Source: Candidatus Latescibacterota bacterium (lineage in GTDB: Bacteria > Latescibacterota > UBA2968). From it: 64,000 nt of DNA. Both the position numbers and the translations under genes were made by a program. The stretch's first letter is position 1, and every line of letters starts with the position of its first letter. Below the pieces are notes generated by a model, which saw only the letters and a program-made list of their open reading frames with translations, did not search any database and was not told the DNA's origin. This document shows, piece after piece, positions 40,001 to 49,471 of this stretch. The stretch covers positions 2,880,001 through 2,944,000 of the forward strand of contig OZ220741.1 of assembly GCA_965116885.1 (NCBI GenBank), in the 5' to 3' direction.

Positions 40001-40395
40001 ATCTGTGCGATGAGATTGCCCAGAATGAAGGTGTTGCTCAACCCTCAGCCGATTTTCGCACAGACAGCAGATCTGAGCAACTCCTGCTTGACGCCATGCA
40101 GATCAGGGATCTCTTACCCTATGCTAAGCTCAATGTGGAGGGGTATGAGTTGGACTTTGCACTACTGGAACAGGGAATCAAGCTAAACATCGAGGTTGAT
40201 GGCGATCAGCATTTCGACGCGAGAGGCCGACAACGGCGCCAGGACATCACCCGTGACCGTGTTCTGCTCAACCTTGGATGGACAGTCCTACGGATACCGG
40301 CGTGGCGATGTTACGAAGAAATTGACTCTGTGATTGAAGAAATCAAGAAAACACGGGAGCGATTGCTTGTCGAAGTCTCTCACTCGACGTTTTAA
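37051..40395 (+). CDS. Zn-ribbon + SF1 (DNA2/NAM7-like) helicase + DUF559/Vsr-like endonuclease
   Basis: CRAC..CIDC; GPPGTGKT; DEASQ; VGDPYQL; EHYRC; QGDE; LNVAVSRA; C-terminal ELDF...IEVDGDQH...RD..L...GWTVLR. Confidence 0.88.
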   Translation: MELPKDLRFISLKYAGLCRACATSLKVGERAHWSPSSKEVWCIDCASEESSAQVASDSVVGSSRNAIKNASSNSALNLAANRSHTPWQKLCTYAQRCIEAEAAKSLVPYVEENSLWFLHSGQEKLVVGQDDSTPASGKLANRLSRTRSQDGRSIIYGWPTVVVIDRDHKPKVAPLFVVHIEPERNRGDKWELHATGEPEFNLAITASGIFDPSITEDVSDLLSDNLPFGDADAFAALAERVAGLLGLKILSRLNPRMLEAHVSRNQGVYNAGVTVMAEASGYTVALREELRQLQTRKDWATTAAASLIPDSFAQKENNRPPSEPLAAPLVCNQSQEETLERLRREPLTIVTGPPGTGKTQLVVNAVTNAWLDGDKVLVTSTNNAAVDVAVDRAEEDVCNGLLVRTGNRDVREQVPDRITAALAQAATQRGNQAAARAQLKRVTTERTQLMEKLARLDELDVELLQLAEKQEELRQALKEAAQTLWTNASPPELSISSHEIEQRASQLLRMEKEKLAQLDELDVELLQLAEKQEELRQALKEAAQTLWTNASPPELSISSHEIEQRASQLLRVWLFRRFRTRRFRVRLGCCETAPLEQLVAWARIDQRLAELTAQLEIGRSERQQLKAAVGDPATRVREADEKWAEASLYAIRADTATRICSGADRLAAFGTISANIDHFKRAIGNSFHYLRGWACTALSAQHNFPLESGLFDLVIVDEASQCSLAAVLPLAYRARRLAVVGDPYQLNPIISLSDGLLQEIVTQTGFDNDDLRKRGIHHKDGSAYSAFEFAARPQTPVLLNEHYRCHPHIARWFNKTFYRGELTILTDISDTVQRDRAISWCDVEGTVERPASGSWLNRFEAEQTVKQIQDVIESGYKTVGVVTPFTAQAQLIDWLAKRQFGEDFLSDIGFVSGTAHRLQGDEREAIVLSSVLSPGMSKSGIRWVEKERNLLNVAVSRARRALIVLGHPLIGDLGSPTLASLRVYLCDEIAQNEGVAQPSADFRTDSRSEQLLLDAMQIRDLLPYAKLNVEGYELDFALLEQGIKLNIEVDGDQHFDARGRQRRQDITRDRVLLNLGWTVLRIPAWRCYEEIDSVIEEIKKTRERLLVEVSHSTF
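38401..38762 (+). repeat. 186-bp in-frame tandem duplication within the helicase
   Basis: 38415-38576 is identical to 38601-38762; encodes a 62-aa coiled-coil-like unit twice. Confidence 0.95.
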
Positions 40396-40481
40396 CGTGA
40401 GGAGGAATGCCGCGTGTCGTCTGCATGAGAAACGGCGCGGAGAAGGTGTAGATCGCCAAGGCGTCACCAGCCTTTTTTCTA

Positions 40482-41612
40482 TCATGCGTGGATCTGATTC
40501 AGCCAGCCTTCCAGAGTGTAGCTCGGGTCGCCTATTTCCTCCGGGCGAAGGCATGCCAGATCGGTGCGGTGTATGGGGCGGATGCCGAGGTCGGGAAGGG
40601 TGGCGCCGCGCTGGTGAAGGTCGGTGCCGTAGAGTTTTTCCAGGATGATGCCGTTGGCGTCGCACCAGTCGCCCGAGTTGAGGGTGGGCAGGCTCTCTTC
40701 GGGGTCGAAACCAGGGGCGCCGAGGTGGCGGTGGATCCATTTCAGGGCGACGGTGTAGCCGAAGTAGGGGCGATGCCCTCCCGCCGGTTCGAACCAGCAA
40801 GCGATGTGGCCGTCCGGGAAATTCGGAGCTGCGCAGGACACGGTGTTCCGGGTACCTTCCCACGCGGCACCGTCCCCCTCTGTGTCGATGATGACGTCGG
40901 CGTCGCCGTTGAGGATGAGGACGGCGCAGTGAGGCGCAGCCAGAGAGAGGAATTCCGGCCAGGTACAGAGAGTGCGCAGGCGCTGGTTCGGGACGCGGGT
41001 GCAAAATTTGCCTGTGACCGTCATGGTGTCACACAGTGCCCAACCGGAGACCAGAGCCAGCTTGAGGCGGGTGTCGAGGGCCAGCATCCAGGAGGCCTTG
41101 GCGCCGCCGAGGGAGTTTCCCGCCACACCGACGCGCTCCCGGTCGGTGTCGTTCCGGGTGAAGAGAAAATCGATGCCCCGCATTGTGTCGAAGACGAGCT
41201 TGCCCATGATGAGCCGGCCAGCCCCATCGGCGCAGGTGTGGACTTCTTCAGGATCGTGCGCCCGGGTACCCAGGTCGCCGCGGATGTGCCGCTCTTCTTC
41301 TCCGACCGGGTCGAGAACCAGGCAGGCCAGTCCGAGTTTGGCGTAGAGTTGGGGGATGTAGGTGTACTGCCACTGGCTTTTGCTGCCGCCGTGGCCGCAG
41401 GTGATTACGATGGATGGCATGGGTGCGGTGGGGTGTGCTGGTCGATAGAGTACGGAGGGGACGCGGGAACCGGGTTCGCTCGTCCAGATCCATTTTTCGA
41501 CGACGATTCCATCCCGTTCGATCTGTCCGCGGGACTCCGGAGCCAGGTCGCAGCGGACCGTGGGGATGCCCAGGAGGTCGTGCAGGGCGCGGCGCAGGGA
41601 TTCGGTTTGCAT
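40482..41612 (-). CDS. Alpha/beta hydrolase (acetyl xylan esterase / Abhydrolase_7-like)
   Basis: CGHGG, GNSLGG nucleophile elbow, LNGDAD, GGH; GC-rich. Start set at MQTES because the track ORF extends into the tmRNA. Confidence 0.8.
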   Translation of the reverse strand: MQTESLRRALHDLLGIPTVRCDLAPESRGQIERDGIVVEKWIWTSEPGSRVPSVLYRPAHPTAPMPSIVITCGHGGSKSQWQYTYIPQLYAKLGLACLVLDPVGEEERHIRGDLGTRAHDPEEVHTCADGAGRLIMGKLVFDTMRGIDFLFTRNDTDRERVGVAGNSLGGAKASWMLALDTRLKLALVSGWALCDTMTVTGKFCTRVPNQRLRTLCTWPEFLSLAAPHCAVLILNGDADVIIDTEGDGAAWEGTRNTVSCAAPNFPDGHIACWFEPAGGHRPYFGYTVALKWIHRHLGAPGFDPEESLPTLNSGDWCDANGIILEKLYGTDLHQRGATLPDLGIRPIHRTDLACLRPEEIGDPSYTLEGWLNQIHA

Positions 41613-41699
41613 GGGAATGTTCTTTGGCAGAGTAACGGGATGGCAGCGTGCCGTGAGACGGTGAAGGTCCGTCTTGTAGATCGGCCCGCTACAAAAGAA

Positions 41700-42084
41700 T
41701 GGTGGAGGCGGCGGGAATCGAACCCGCGTCCGAAAGCAGTTTGATAACGGCATCTACGTGTGTAGTCTATTCACTTAGAATCTCGCATCCCGCGCCCCAA
41801 CAGACAGGGTCGCTGAGATGCCAGCCCGATGGTTGGGGCTGTGGCCCGCTCTCATCCGGAGGCCCTCGAGCGGAAACCCCCGCACCAGCCTGCTCTCGTC
41901 GGCGCTCTGCCCAGACCACGCAGGCAAGGTCTGAGAGAACGGACTGCGTAACGGTTAGTTAGGCAGCCATTGCGTACGTGTTATCGTCCGCAGTTGCGTT
42001 TTTTCCCAATTGTTTTACGAGGTGATTGGGCACCTCGACACGCAGCTATTATCTCCCCACCCCCGTCGAAGCCGTGTCGCCCCC
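41700..42084 (-). ncRNA. ssrA: tmRNA; tag peptide (A)ADDNTYAMAA
   Basis: 5' GGGGGCG pairs with 3' CGCCTCC-ACCA including G3:U; GGTTCGATTCCC T-arm; tag ORF at 41991-41959 ends in AA*. Confidence 0.95.
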
Positions 42085-42095
42085 AGCACGTTCAA

Positions 42096-42124
42096 AATAT
42101 ATCTAAGTTAGTACTTCCAGTCAA
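42096..42124 (-). promoter_or_regulatory. ssrA promoter TTGACT-N17-TATATT
   Basis: Consensus-like hexamers 11 bp upstream of the mature tmRNA 5' end. Confidence 0.7.
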
Positions 42125-42152
42125 GCGGTCAGTATGCCAACCACCCACCCCC

Positions 42153-42187
42153 AATTCTTAATTCCTAATTCCTAATTCCTAATTCTC
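42153..42187. repeat. Heptamer tandem repeat (AATTCYY)x5
   Basis: aattctt aattcct aattcct aattcct aattctc; contains the stop codon of the upstream gene. Confidence 0.8.
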
Positions 42188-43114
42188 CCTGAACCATTCA
42201 ATTGTCTGTCGCAATCCCTGCTCTGGCGTCACCTGAGGTTTCCATCCCAGGAGTTTTTTGGCCAGGGTGATATCGGGTTGTCGCATTTGGGGATCGTCGC
42301 CGATTTGCGCGTTGGGCATCAGCGCGATTTCGCTTTTGCTTTCGGTTAGTTCAACGATCTTTTTTGCCAGATCCAACATCGATGTTTCACTCGATGGATT
42401 GCCGATGTTTACGGGCGCGTGATAATCCGTGTGCATCAATCGATAGATCCCTTCAATCAGGTCTGAGACATAACAAATACTGCGCGTTTGACTGCCATCG
42501 CCATATACTTTTAGTGGTTCACCTGCCAGTGCCCGATTGACAAAATTGGGGATGGCTCGTCCATCGTTTTTGCGCATGCGGGGGCCATAGGTATTAAAAA
42601 TCCGCACAATCCGCGTATCGATCCCGCTTTCGCGGTGATAGGCCATTGTCATGGCTTCGGCAAAGCGCTTGGCTTCGTCATAGACACCGCGTACGCCCAG
42701 TGTATTGACATTGCCCAAATACGATTCTGGCTGCGGATGCACCAGCGGGTCGCCGTAAATTTCGGATGTTGAGGCCAAAAAAAACTTCGCTTTTTTTGCA
42801 CGCGCCACACCGAGCGCGTTGTGCGTGCCATGTGCGCCCACTTTCAAGATGCGGATGGGATAGCGCGAAAAATCATCGGGGCTGGCCGGGCTGGCGAAAT
42901 GCAACACATAATCCAATGGCCCCTTCACATAGATGTATTGCGTCACATCGTGTTTGATAAATGTAAAACCATCTCGTCCAAACAGGTGTGCGATATTTTT
43001 TGCACGTCCAGTCAATAGATTATCCATGACAATTAGTTCGTGCCCTTCACCCAGCAAACGGTCACACAAATGCGACCCCAAAAACCCCGCGCCACCTGTT
43101 AGTAATATACGCAT
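42179..43114 (-). CDS. UDP-glucuronic acid decarboxylase (UXS-like extended SDR)
   Basis: [51 protein letters not shown]. Confidence 0.92.
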   Translation of the reverse strand: MRILLTGGAGFLGSHLCDRLLGEGHELIVMDNLLTGRAKNIAHLFGRDGFTFIKHDVTQYIYVKGPLDYVLHFASPASPDDFSRYPIRILKVGAHGTHNALGVARAKKAKFFLASTSEIYGDPLVHPQPESYLGNVNTLGVRGVYDEAKRFAEAMTMAYHRESGIDTRIVRIFNTYGPRMRKNDGRAIPNFVNRALAGEPLKVYGDGSQTRSICYVSDLIEGIYRLMHTDYHAPVNIGNPSSETSMLDLAKKIVELTESKSEIALMPNAQIGDDPQMRQPDITLAKKLLGWKPQVTPEQGLRQTIEWFREN

Positions 43115-43124
43115 ATAGTTCCTG

Positions 43125-44471
43125 TTACAGTTTAAAGACGTGATCTTTCTTTCCAGATACAGCCTGCGTGGCATTGCGCGTATCGACAATACAGCGCGCG
43201 TGCCTTACAATCCATTCATAATCCCAATTGCTGTGATGGGTCACAATCACCACACAATGGGCTTCAGTTATATTTTTTTTATTTAAAGAGGTATTTTTAA
43301 AATCCAAATTTTCTGTCTGCAAGTGATCTACAAACGGATCGCAATACGAGACTTTCGCCCCTTTCTCCTGAAGCATTTCTATAATATCCAATGCCGGCGA
43401 CTCGCGAATATCGCGCACATCGGGTTTATACGTCACGCCCAATATCAGGATGTTCGAGCCTTTCAAACACCGCTCGTATTCGTTGAGTGCGTCGGTGATT
43501 TTTTCGACCACATAGCCCGGCATACTGCGCGTGACTTCACTGGCCAATTCGATAAAGCGCGCATTGTAATTCAAGGTCTTGAGCTTCCAGGCCAGAAAGT
43601 GCGGATCAACCGGGATACAATGCCCGCCCAACCCAGGACCGGGATAAAACGGCATAAACCCAAACGGCTTGGTCGCTGCGGCATCGATTACTTCCCAAAC
43701 ATCCACCCTCAGGCGATCACACATCAGTGCCACTTCATTGACCAGGCCGATATTTACACTGCGAAAAGTATTTTCGAGCAACTTGGTCATTTCAGCAGCC
43801 TGGGTTGATGAGACCGGTACGACTTCGCCGATCAATTGCCGGTAAAAATGCGTGCCTATTTCTGTGCAAGACGGGGTAATACCCCCCACGACTTTGGGCG
43901 TATTGGTGATGGTATAAACTTTATTGCCCGGATCGACGCGCTCTGGAGAAAATACCAGAAAAAAATCTCGACCAACTTTCAAGCCACTTTCTTCGAGCAG
44001 GGGCAATACCAGTTCATGGGTCGTCCCTGGATACGTCGTGCTCTCCAAAATCACCAGTTGTCCGCAGCGCAGTCGGTCTTTGATTGCACCACATGCTTGC
44101 AAAATAAACGAGACATCCGGGTCGCGTGTTTTATTTAAAGGTGTGGGCACGCATACCACAATCACATCGGCCTCATTGAGCACATCGCATTCTCGCGTTG
44201 CTGTCAATTTTCCCACAGCTTTGAGACCTGCTACTTCAAATTCCGATACACCCTGCACATCGGACTTTCCCGATTCTACCAGATCTACTTTGCGCGACGA
44301 TATATCGATTCCCGTGACAGAAAACCCCACCTTGCCCAATTCCACGGATAGAGTCAATCCCACATATCCCAATCCCATCACCGCTATCCGCGCTTCGTGC
44401 GATGCGATTTTTTCCTCCAGCATCTGTCTGGGGTTGGCGATTTCCCGAGGTAATCTTTCCGGTATAGCCAT
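43125..44471 (-). CDS. Nucleotide-sugar dehydrogenase (UDP-GlcNAc/UDP-Glc 6-dehydrogenase family)
   Basis: [45 protein letters not shown]. Confidence 0.93.
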   Translation of the reverse strand: MAIPERLPREIANPRQMLEEKIASHEARIAVMGLGYVGLTLSVELGKVGFSVTGIDISSRKVDLVESGKSDVQGVSEFEVAGLKAVGKLTATRECDVLNEADVIVVCVPTPLNKTRDPDVSFILQACGAIKDRLRCGQLVILESTTYPGTTHELVLPLLEESGLKVGRDFFLVFSPERVDPGNKVYTITNTPKVVGGITPSCTEIGTHFYRQLIGEVVPVSSTQAAEMTKLLENTFRSVNIGLVNEVALMCDRLRVDVWEVIDAAATKPFGFMPFYPGPGLGGHCIPVDPHFLAWKLKTLNYNARFIELASEVTRSMPGYVVEKITDALNEYERCLKGSNILILGVTYKPDVRDIRESPALDIIEMLQEKGAKVSYCDPFVDHLQTENLDFKNTSLNKKNITEAHCVVIVTHHSNWDYEWIVRHARCIVDTRNATQAVSGKKDHVFKL

Positions 44472-45400
44472 TATGTTATCCGCTCTGGTCCGATCATTTG
44501 AAGCAATACGGCCTTTTGAATGTGCATGCGATTCTCAGCTTGGTCCACAGCAATGCATCGCTCACTTGCCATGACTTCATCTGTCACTTCATATCCCTTG
44601 TGTGCTGGCAAGCAGTGCATCACATAAGCGTCGGTCTTTTTGAGCAAATCGCCATTGATCTGATATGGCATGAACACTTTGGTGCGTCGTTTTTTTTCTT
44701 CTGAAAATTTTGGATTGTTAAAAAATTCCATATCAATCCACGTATCGGTATAAAGAAAGTCTGCATCGGCAACAGCGGCTTCCAGATCCAGCGTTTCTTC
44801 AAACAATCCGGTTGCACGCGCTGCTTTGACGAGTTCGGGGTCTGCCGATGGCTTGTTGATCTCTGGCGTCACAGCCGTTATGCGTACGCCTGCTTTTGTA
44901 CACGCTGTCACCAGCGAATTGCACACATTGTTCCATATGCCCACATAAACTACATGTGTTCCCGCGAACTTGCCTCGCACTTCCAGGATCGATAGCAGAT
45001 CGCCCAGAGCCTGGCAGGGATGATAGCGGTCACAACATCCGTTGATTACAGGGACTTCGGAGCCAAGGGTCAGCCGCAGTAAATCCTCGTGGTTGAGCAT
45101 GCGCGCCATAATCACATCTGCATATCGCGATAGGACCTGTGCTTCATCGCGTACATCGGCCAATCCAAAATTGGTGGTCATCCAGTCCAAAAATACGGCC
45201 TGCCCCCCCAATTGATGCATGCCTACTTCAAAAGCTACGCGGGTGCGCGTCGATGTTTTCTGAAATAACATCGCCAAAGTTTGTCCCTTTAACAAACCTT
45301 CATAGCGCTCGGGATTCTTTTTGATCACCAGACCCATTTCTACCGCGCGCAAAATATCATCTGGCGACCACGTCTTCAGTGTCAAAAGATCCATGTCCAT
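44471..45400 (-). CDS. argF: Ornithine carbamoyltransferase
   Basis: STRTR, HPCQ, YTDTW, HCLP, QAENR. Confidence 0.88.
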   Translation of the reverse strand: MDMDLLTLKTWSPDDILRAVEMGLVIKKNPERYEGLLKGQTLAMLFQKTSTRTRVAFEVGMHQLGGQAVFLDWMTTNFGLADVRDEAQVLSRYADVIMARMLNHEDLLRLTLGSEVPVINGCCDRYHPCQALGDLLSILEVRGKFAGTHVVYVGIWNNVCNSLVTACTKAGVRITAVTPEINKPSADPELVKAARATGLFEETLDLEAAVADADFLYTDTWIDMEFFNNPKFSEEKKRRTKVFMPYQINGDLLKKTDAYVMHCLPAHKGYEVTDEVMASERCIAVDQAENRMHIQKAVLLQMIGPERIT

Positions 45401-45483
45401 TTCCTTTCAGTTGAACCGCTGCTACAGCCTGCTCCTGCTGGAATCGTGCAGGGGTTTGCCAGGCCAGGGGGAGTTTCACCGAT

Positions 45484-46437
45484 TCACAATTGTTCGCGCA
45501 CAAGAGATATCAAACGCGCTTGCACTTGACCGACAGAGCCTTTAATCTCGCATCCCGATGCGCGGATATGACCGCCACCATCAAATTGACGGGCAATGCG
45601 GTTGACATCCACTTTTCCCCGCGACCGCAAGCTCACGCGCTGTTGTCCAGGCTCTTGTTCTTTAAAAAATAGTGCGACTTCAACGCCGTCAATCGACATC
45701 GCGTGATCGATCACTCCGTCCAGATCGCCATTCATCGCATGTGTTTTGTGATCGACGTACAATGTGCTGATCTGTCCGTTTTCGTGTAACATTAGATTCG
45801 ACAACGCAAATCCCAGGGTTTTCACCGTTTGATATGTCTGGTGCGAAAACATGTTTTCTGCAATTTGCTGCGGGTCAGCGCCGTGCCCAACGAGTTTAGC
45901 AGCGGCGCGGAGTGCGCGTTCTGGATGCGAATGTTTAAATAGCTTTGTGTCAAATACAATTCCAGCATATAAACACGTCGCGATTTCGGGTGTAAACCCC
46001 GAATTACTACCATACCAGTTTATGAGCGAATAGATCAATTCACTGGCAGAGCTGGCATCTGTATCGATCACCCGTACATCGCCCTTCTTATCTGTATCTA
46101 CATGGTGATCAATCACCAGCGTTTTTGTCGCAGGCCCAATCAGGTTCGCGACATCGCCAATGCGTTTTTTCGATGTCGTTGTATCCACCACCACGAGGCG
46201 CGGTACTACTGGAATCGAGCGGTACACCGATTCTATGCGATCATAGCCCGGCAAAAACCGATATTTGCGATCCGGCGTCTCGTCCGCCACCACAATGCGG
46301 TGCTTTTGGTCCTGGCGCGTCAACCAGTGGCTCAACCCCAACAGAGCACCGAGGCCATCGCCATCGGCATGCACATGCGTTGTCAGCACGAGTTCCTCGC
46401 CTGCCAACAAAAAATTCAGAGCCGCTTGAAAGTTCAT
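45484..46437 (-). CDS. nrnA: DHH/DHHA1 phosphoesterase (NrnA-like)
   Basis: H..ADGD, IDHH, GIVFDT, SLRS, GGGH..ASG. Confidence 0.85.
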   Translation of the reverse strand: MNFQAALNFLLAGEELVLTTHVHADGDGLGALLGLSHWLTRQDQKHRIVVADETPDRKYRFLPGYDRIESVYRSIPVVPRLVVVDTTTSKKRIGDVANLIGPATKTLVIDHHVDTDKKGDVRVIDTDASSASELIYSLINWYGSNSGFTPEIATCLYAGIVFDTKLFKHSHPERALRAAAKLVGHGADPQQIAENMFSHQTYQTVKTLGFALSNLMLHENGQISTLYVDHKTHAMNGDLDGVIDHAMSIDGVEVALFFKEQEPGQQRVSLRSRGKVDVNRIARQFDGGGHIRASGCEIKGSVGQVQARLISLVREQL

Positions 46438-46482
46438 TGTTATATCCAAATGTACATATCAATGCAAGAGGATAGCTATTAG

Positions 46483-47052
46483 TCAATGCTTTGAAATCTG
46501 CTCGTGTTGGCGTTTGCGTTGCAGCAAAATTTGCTGTCGCCGCTTCTGCGAACTGAGTATGGTGAACAGAATATTTACCCGTTTGCGCGCCGCTTGCAAT
46601 ACCTGAACATCCCGCTGGTCCTGATCCTTTAATCGGGACAAATACAGCAGACGCTGGGCCGCATCTTGTAGCGACTTCGCCGAAAACAATACTGATAGTA
46701 TTCCCTGTCGTCCTATTTTGTATATTTCACGCGCACGTTGTGCTATATTCTGTTCGCGATCTATAAGCTGTAACCGGGCCTGCCGAAGCTGTTGTTCGGT
46801 ACGGTCGATTTCATCACTTAGACTATTAATTTTATCAGCGATATTTAGAGATGTGTCCTTCGTCTCTTCACTTTCGCTTTCAGTTTGAGCCGATGCTTCC
46901 TGCGAAGGTTGAGGATTCAAGTTTAAGCTGTCCATCGCCGCTCGCTCAGCTTTCAGGCGCGCTTCTAATGCTGTTATTGTCTGCGCGCTTCCATCGGGTG
47001 ATAATGCGATTAGAAAAGCCATGATATACAATATATACACTGGTTTTTGCAC
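46483..47052 (-). CDS. Secreted coiled-coil protein, EnvC/CwlO-like N-terminal region only
   Basis: Signal-like N-terminus (GTG start with GAGG RBS); YKIGRQGILSVLFSAKSL...RLLYL coiled-coil tip; follows ftsX; no catalytic domain. Confidence 0.65.
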   Translation of the reverse strand: MQKPVYILYIMAFLIALSPDGSAQTITALEARLKAERAAMDSLNLNPQPSQEASAQTESESEETKDTSLNIADKINSLSDEIDRTEQQLRQARLQLIDREQNIAQRAREIYKIGRQGILSVLFSAKSLQDAAQRLLYLSRLKDQDQRDVQVLQAARKRVNILFTILSSQKRRQQILLQRKRQHEQISKH

Positions 47053-47069
47053 GCTATACCTCAACCATT

Positions 47070-47948
47070 CTAAGCGATTTCTCTTAACAGGCGGCTCAGG
47101 GATGCCCAACTGCCTATCGCGCCCAGCACGGTGCCCAATACCACCAGACCGAATGCCAGTTCAACCGTTGGTGCGATTGTCAAATCCGGTACGCGAACAG
47201 CCCACCACGGTGATATATAAGCCATCATCAGAGGTGCCAAAAATCCACCTACAAAGCCCAATAGTGTCCCCCCAACTCCAAAGATCATCCACACAGTCGT
47301 ATTTGTCGCGCCGACCAATCGCATAATCTCAAGAGCATCGCGCTGCGCCAGCACCATCAACTTGGTTGCATGGCTCACTGCAAATGCACACGCAAAACAC
47401 AGCATACACCCAAGTGCGAGCCCAATTCCGGTGATTACTTCAATAAAATTCTCTAAAGAATCCGCCCAAACTTCACCTACGTTTACACCTTCTACAGCAC
47501 TATGGCTGGCTACAGATCTTGCAACGGCTCGAGCGCGGCGCAGCATATTCTCACCGGGAGAAATGCGTACTCTAAGCGAAGCGGGCAATGGATTGCTCGA
47601 AAGCGCATCGACCGTACCCAAACCAAATAGTGACCGAAATTCTTTGGCAGCCGCTTCTGGATCCATATATACAATCCCGCCTACCTCGGGTCTCGCTTCT
47701 AACCTGCGCCGCAACGCGAGTATTCGCTGAGATGAAACACCATCTTTCAGGTAAATGTCTATCTCCACCCGCGCGCGCAATCGGTTAGCCAGCGCGTTTC
47801 CACTCTCGATCACCTGCCAAAAGAACCCCAATACCAGCAGTGAGGCTCCAATGGTCGCCACTGAAATCACACCTGTGATTCCCGTGTACCTGATCCCTTG
47901 CAACGCCTCGCGCAATACTATATTCATTTCACTTTTCCATTTGCTCAA
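47070..47948 (-). CDS. ftsX: Cell division permease FtsX
   Basis: IDIYLKD, NPLPASLRV, EIMRLVGAT; 4 TM; coupled to ftsE. Confidence 0.85.
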   Translation of the reverse strand: MSKWKSEMNIVLREALQGIRYTGITGVISVATIGASLLVLGFFWQVIESGNALANRLRARVEIDIYLKDGVSSQRILALRRRLEARPEVGGIVYMDPEAAAKEFRSLFGLGTVDALSSNPLPASLRVRISPGENMLRRARAVARSVASHSAVEGVNVGEVWADSLENFIEVITGIGLALGCMLCFACAFAVSHATKLMVLAQRDALEIMRLVGATNTTVWMIFGVGGTLLGFVGGFLAPLMMAYISPWWAVRVPDLTIAPTVELAFGLVVLGTVLGAIGSWASLSRLLREIA

Positions 47949-48610
47949 CTTGCAATCTGTTCAATGGCCTCATTTTCCAATTGCAATATTCGCCGCGAAT
48001 ATCGGTCTTCCAACACGGTATCATGTGTCGCTATGAGCACAGCTATTCCACGCACATTTATTTTTTGAAAAATAGCCATCACATGTTCTGTCGCTTCGGA
48101 ATCCAAATTGGCGGCTGGTTCATCTGCCAACAAGATAAGGGGATCATTTACCAGTGCCCGCGCTATTGCTACCCTCAACCGTTCATAAGCCGACAACTCA
48201 TCTGGATACGCATTGCGTTTGTGAAGCAAACCCACATCTGATAATATTGCCTGAGTTTTGCGCTTGATCATGCGCCGCGAAACGCCTGTTACTTCAAGCG
48301 CGAAGGCCACATTTTCAGATACTGTGCGATGGTGCAATAGTTTGAAGTCTTGAAATACTACGCCCACTTGCCTTCGCAACCGCGGGATATCCATTTTTCG
48401 AATTTGCTGCGAGTCGTATTCTCCCACAGATACCACGCCCGAACTGGGTAATTCCTCAAATATAATCAGCCCGAATAGCGCGCGTTTTTCCGCCTCTGTG
48501 TGTCCAGTCAGATAGACGAATTCGCCTTGATTGATCTCTGTGTTGGCATTGATCAATATCGGCTGACCTCGCTGCTCGACTCGCACGTTTTGTAATTTAA
48601 TCACTGGCAT
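47945..48610 (-). CDS. ftsE: FtsE-like ABC protein with degenerate ATP-binding motifs
   Basis: IPRLRRQVGVVFQDFKLL, ENVAFAL, LLADEP, ATHD are intact; Walker A reads GHTEAEKR and the signature reads LSAYE; start uncertain (48610-48637). Confidence 0.85.
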   Translation of the reverse strand: MPVIKLQNVRVEQRGQPILINANTEINQGEFVYLTGHTEAEKRALFGLIIFEELPSSGVVSVGEYDSQQIRKMDIPRLRRQVGVVFQDFKLLHHRTVSENVAFALEVTGVSRRMIKRKTQAILSDVGLLHKRNAYPDELSAYERLRVAIARALVNDPLILLADEPAANLDSEATEHVMAIFQKINVRGIAVLIATHDTVLEDRYSRRILQLENEAIEQIAS

Positions 48611-48652
48611 GATGTACAACTGCATCAGCAGTTCCAATATCCATCTCTTGAA

Positions 48653-49402
48653 TTATTTTTTTAGAACAAAATGCACCCGGTCCGAAAATTTTGTCGGTGG
48701 TGCATATCCAAATCCCCCGTAAGCTCCTACCCTTTCAAAAGGCGATTTATCCACAATTTCTTCAATCGCTGCCAAAGAATAGATCCGCTGTTGATGTACT
48801 TCTTTGACCACTTCATCCGTGTCTTCAAAGTGAATATCAAATTTGTTGTATTGTACACCCTGTTCGTAATAACTGTGCCGCCGATATGAAAATCCATCTC
48901 CCGAATCTTCTGACTCCATATTGCTGAAGTATTGCCTCGAATTGCTCTCTGTACAGATATCGACCACAAAAATCCCGTTGGGATTAACAATGCGATGCAC
49001 TTCATTCAGAGCACGCGCGATCATTTCAGGTGACATCAAATAGTTGATGCTATCGTACAAACACAACACCGCATCACACGGGGGTAAATCGTCTAAATCG
49101 AGCAAATTGCGGTGGTAAAATGGAATGGGATAGTGCAACTTACGCGTCTTTTCTATAGCTACATCCAGCATTTCCCGGCAACCATCTGCACCCATTACAT
49201 CGAACTTCTGACGGTGTAACTCAATTGCCAGACTGCCCGTGCCGCAGGCCAGGTCCAATACGCGATTGGGTTTCACTTTGTGTCGTGCGAGCAGTGATGA
49301 AACATAATGCGCCCAATGCACGTAATCCACATGTCGCATTACGTAATCGTAAATGGTCGCCAGGCGGCTGTACGGGGTTGCCCCAGTTTCGAAGTTTTGC
49401 AT
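48653..49402 (-). CDS. Class I SAM-dependent methyltransferase
   Basis: VLDLACGTG, CLYDSINY. Confidence 0.9.
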   Translation of the reverse strand: MQNFETGATPYSRLATIYDYVMRHVDYVHWAHYVSSLLARHKVKPNRVLDLACGTGSLAIELHRQKFDVMGADGCREMLDVAIEKTRKLHYPIPFYHRNLLDLDDLPPCDAVLCLYDSINYLMSPEMIARALNEVHRIVNPNGIFVVDICTESNSRQYFSNMESEDSGDGFSYRRHSYYEQGVQYNKFDIHFEDTDEVVKEVHQQRIYSLAAIEEIVDKSPFERVGAYGGFGYAPPTKFSDRVHFVLKK

Positions 49403-49471
49403 AAAATGAAAAACGGCCAGCCCGTGCCGGCCTTTGCCTTTCTATTTTTTGGGTTCTGACGGGATCGCGTT

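Noticed and set aside
40488..41744. 418-aa plus-strand ORF
   Set aside because: Antisense shadow of the GC-rich hydrolase gene; no recognisable motifs; runs into the tmRNA
45401..45483. GC-rich leader before argF with GGCAAACC and small hairpins, considered as a riboswitch or small RNA
   Set aside because: Lacks the downstream conserved elements of c-di-GMP-I, SAM, FMN or SRP motifs and is too short for 6S RNA; an Rfam scan would settle it
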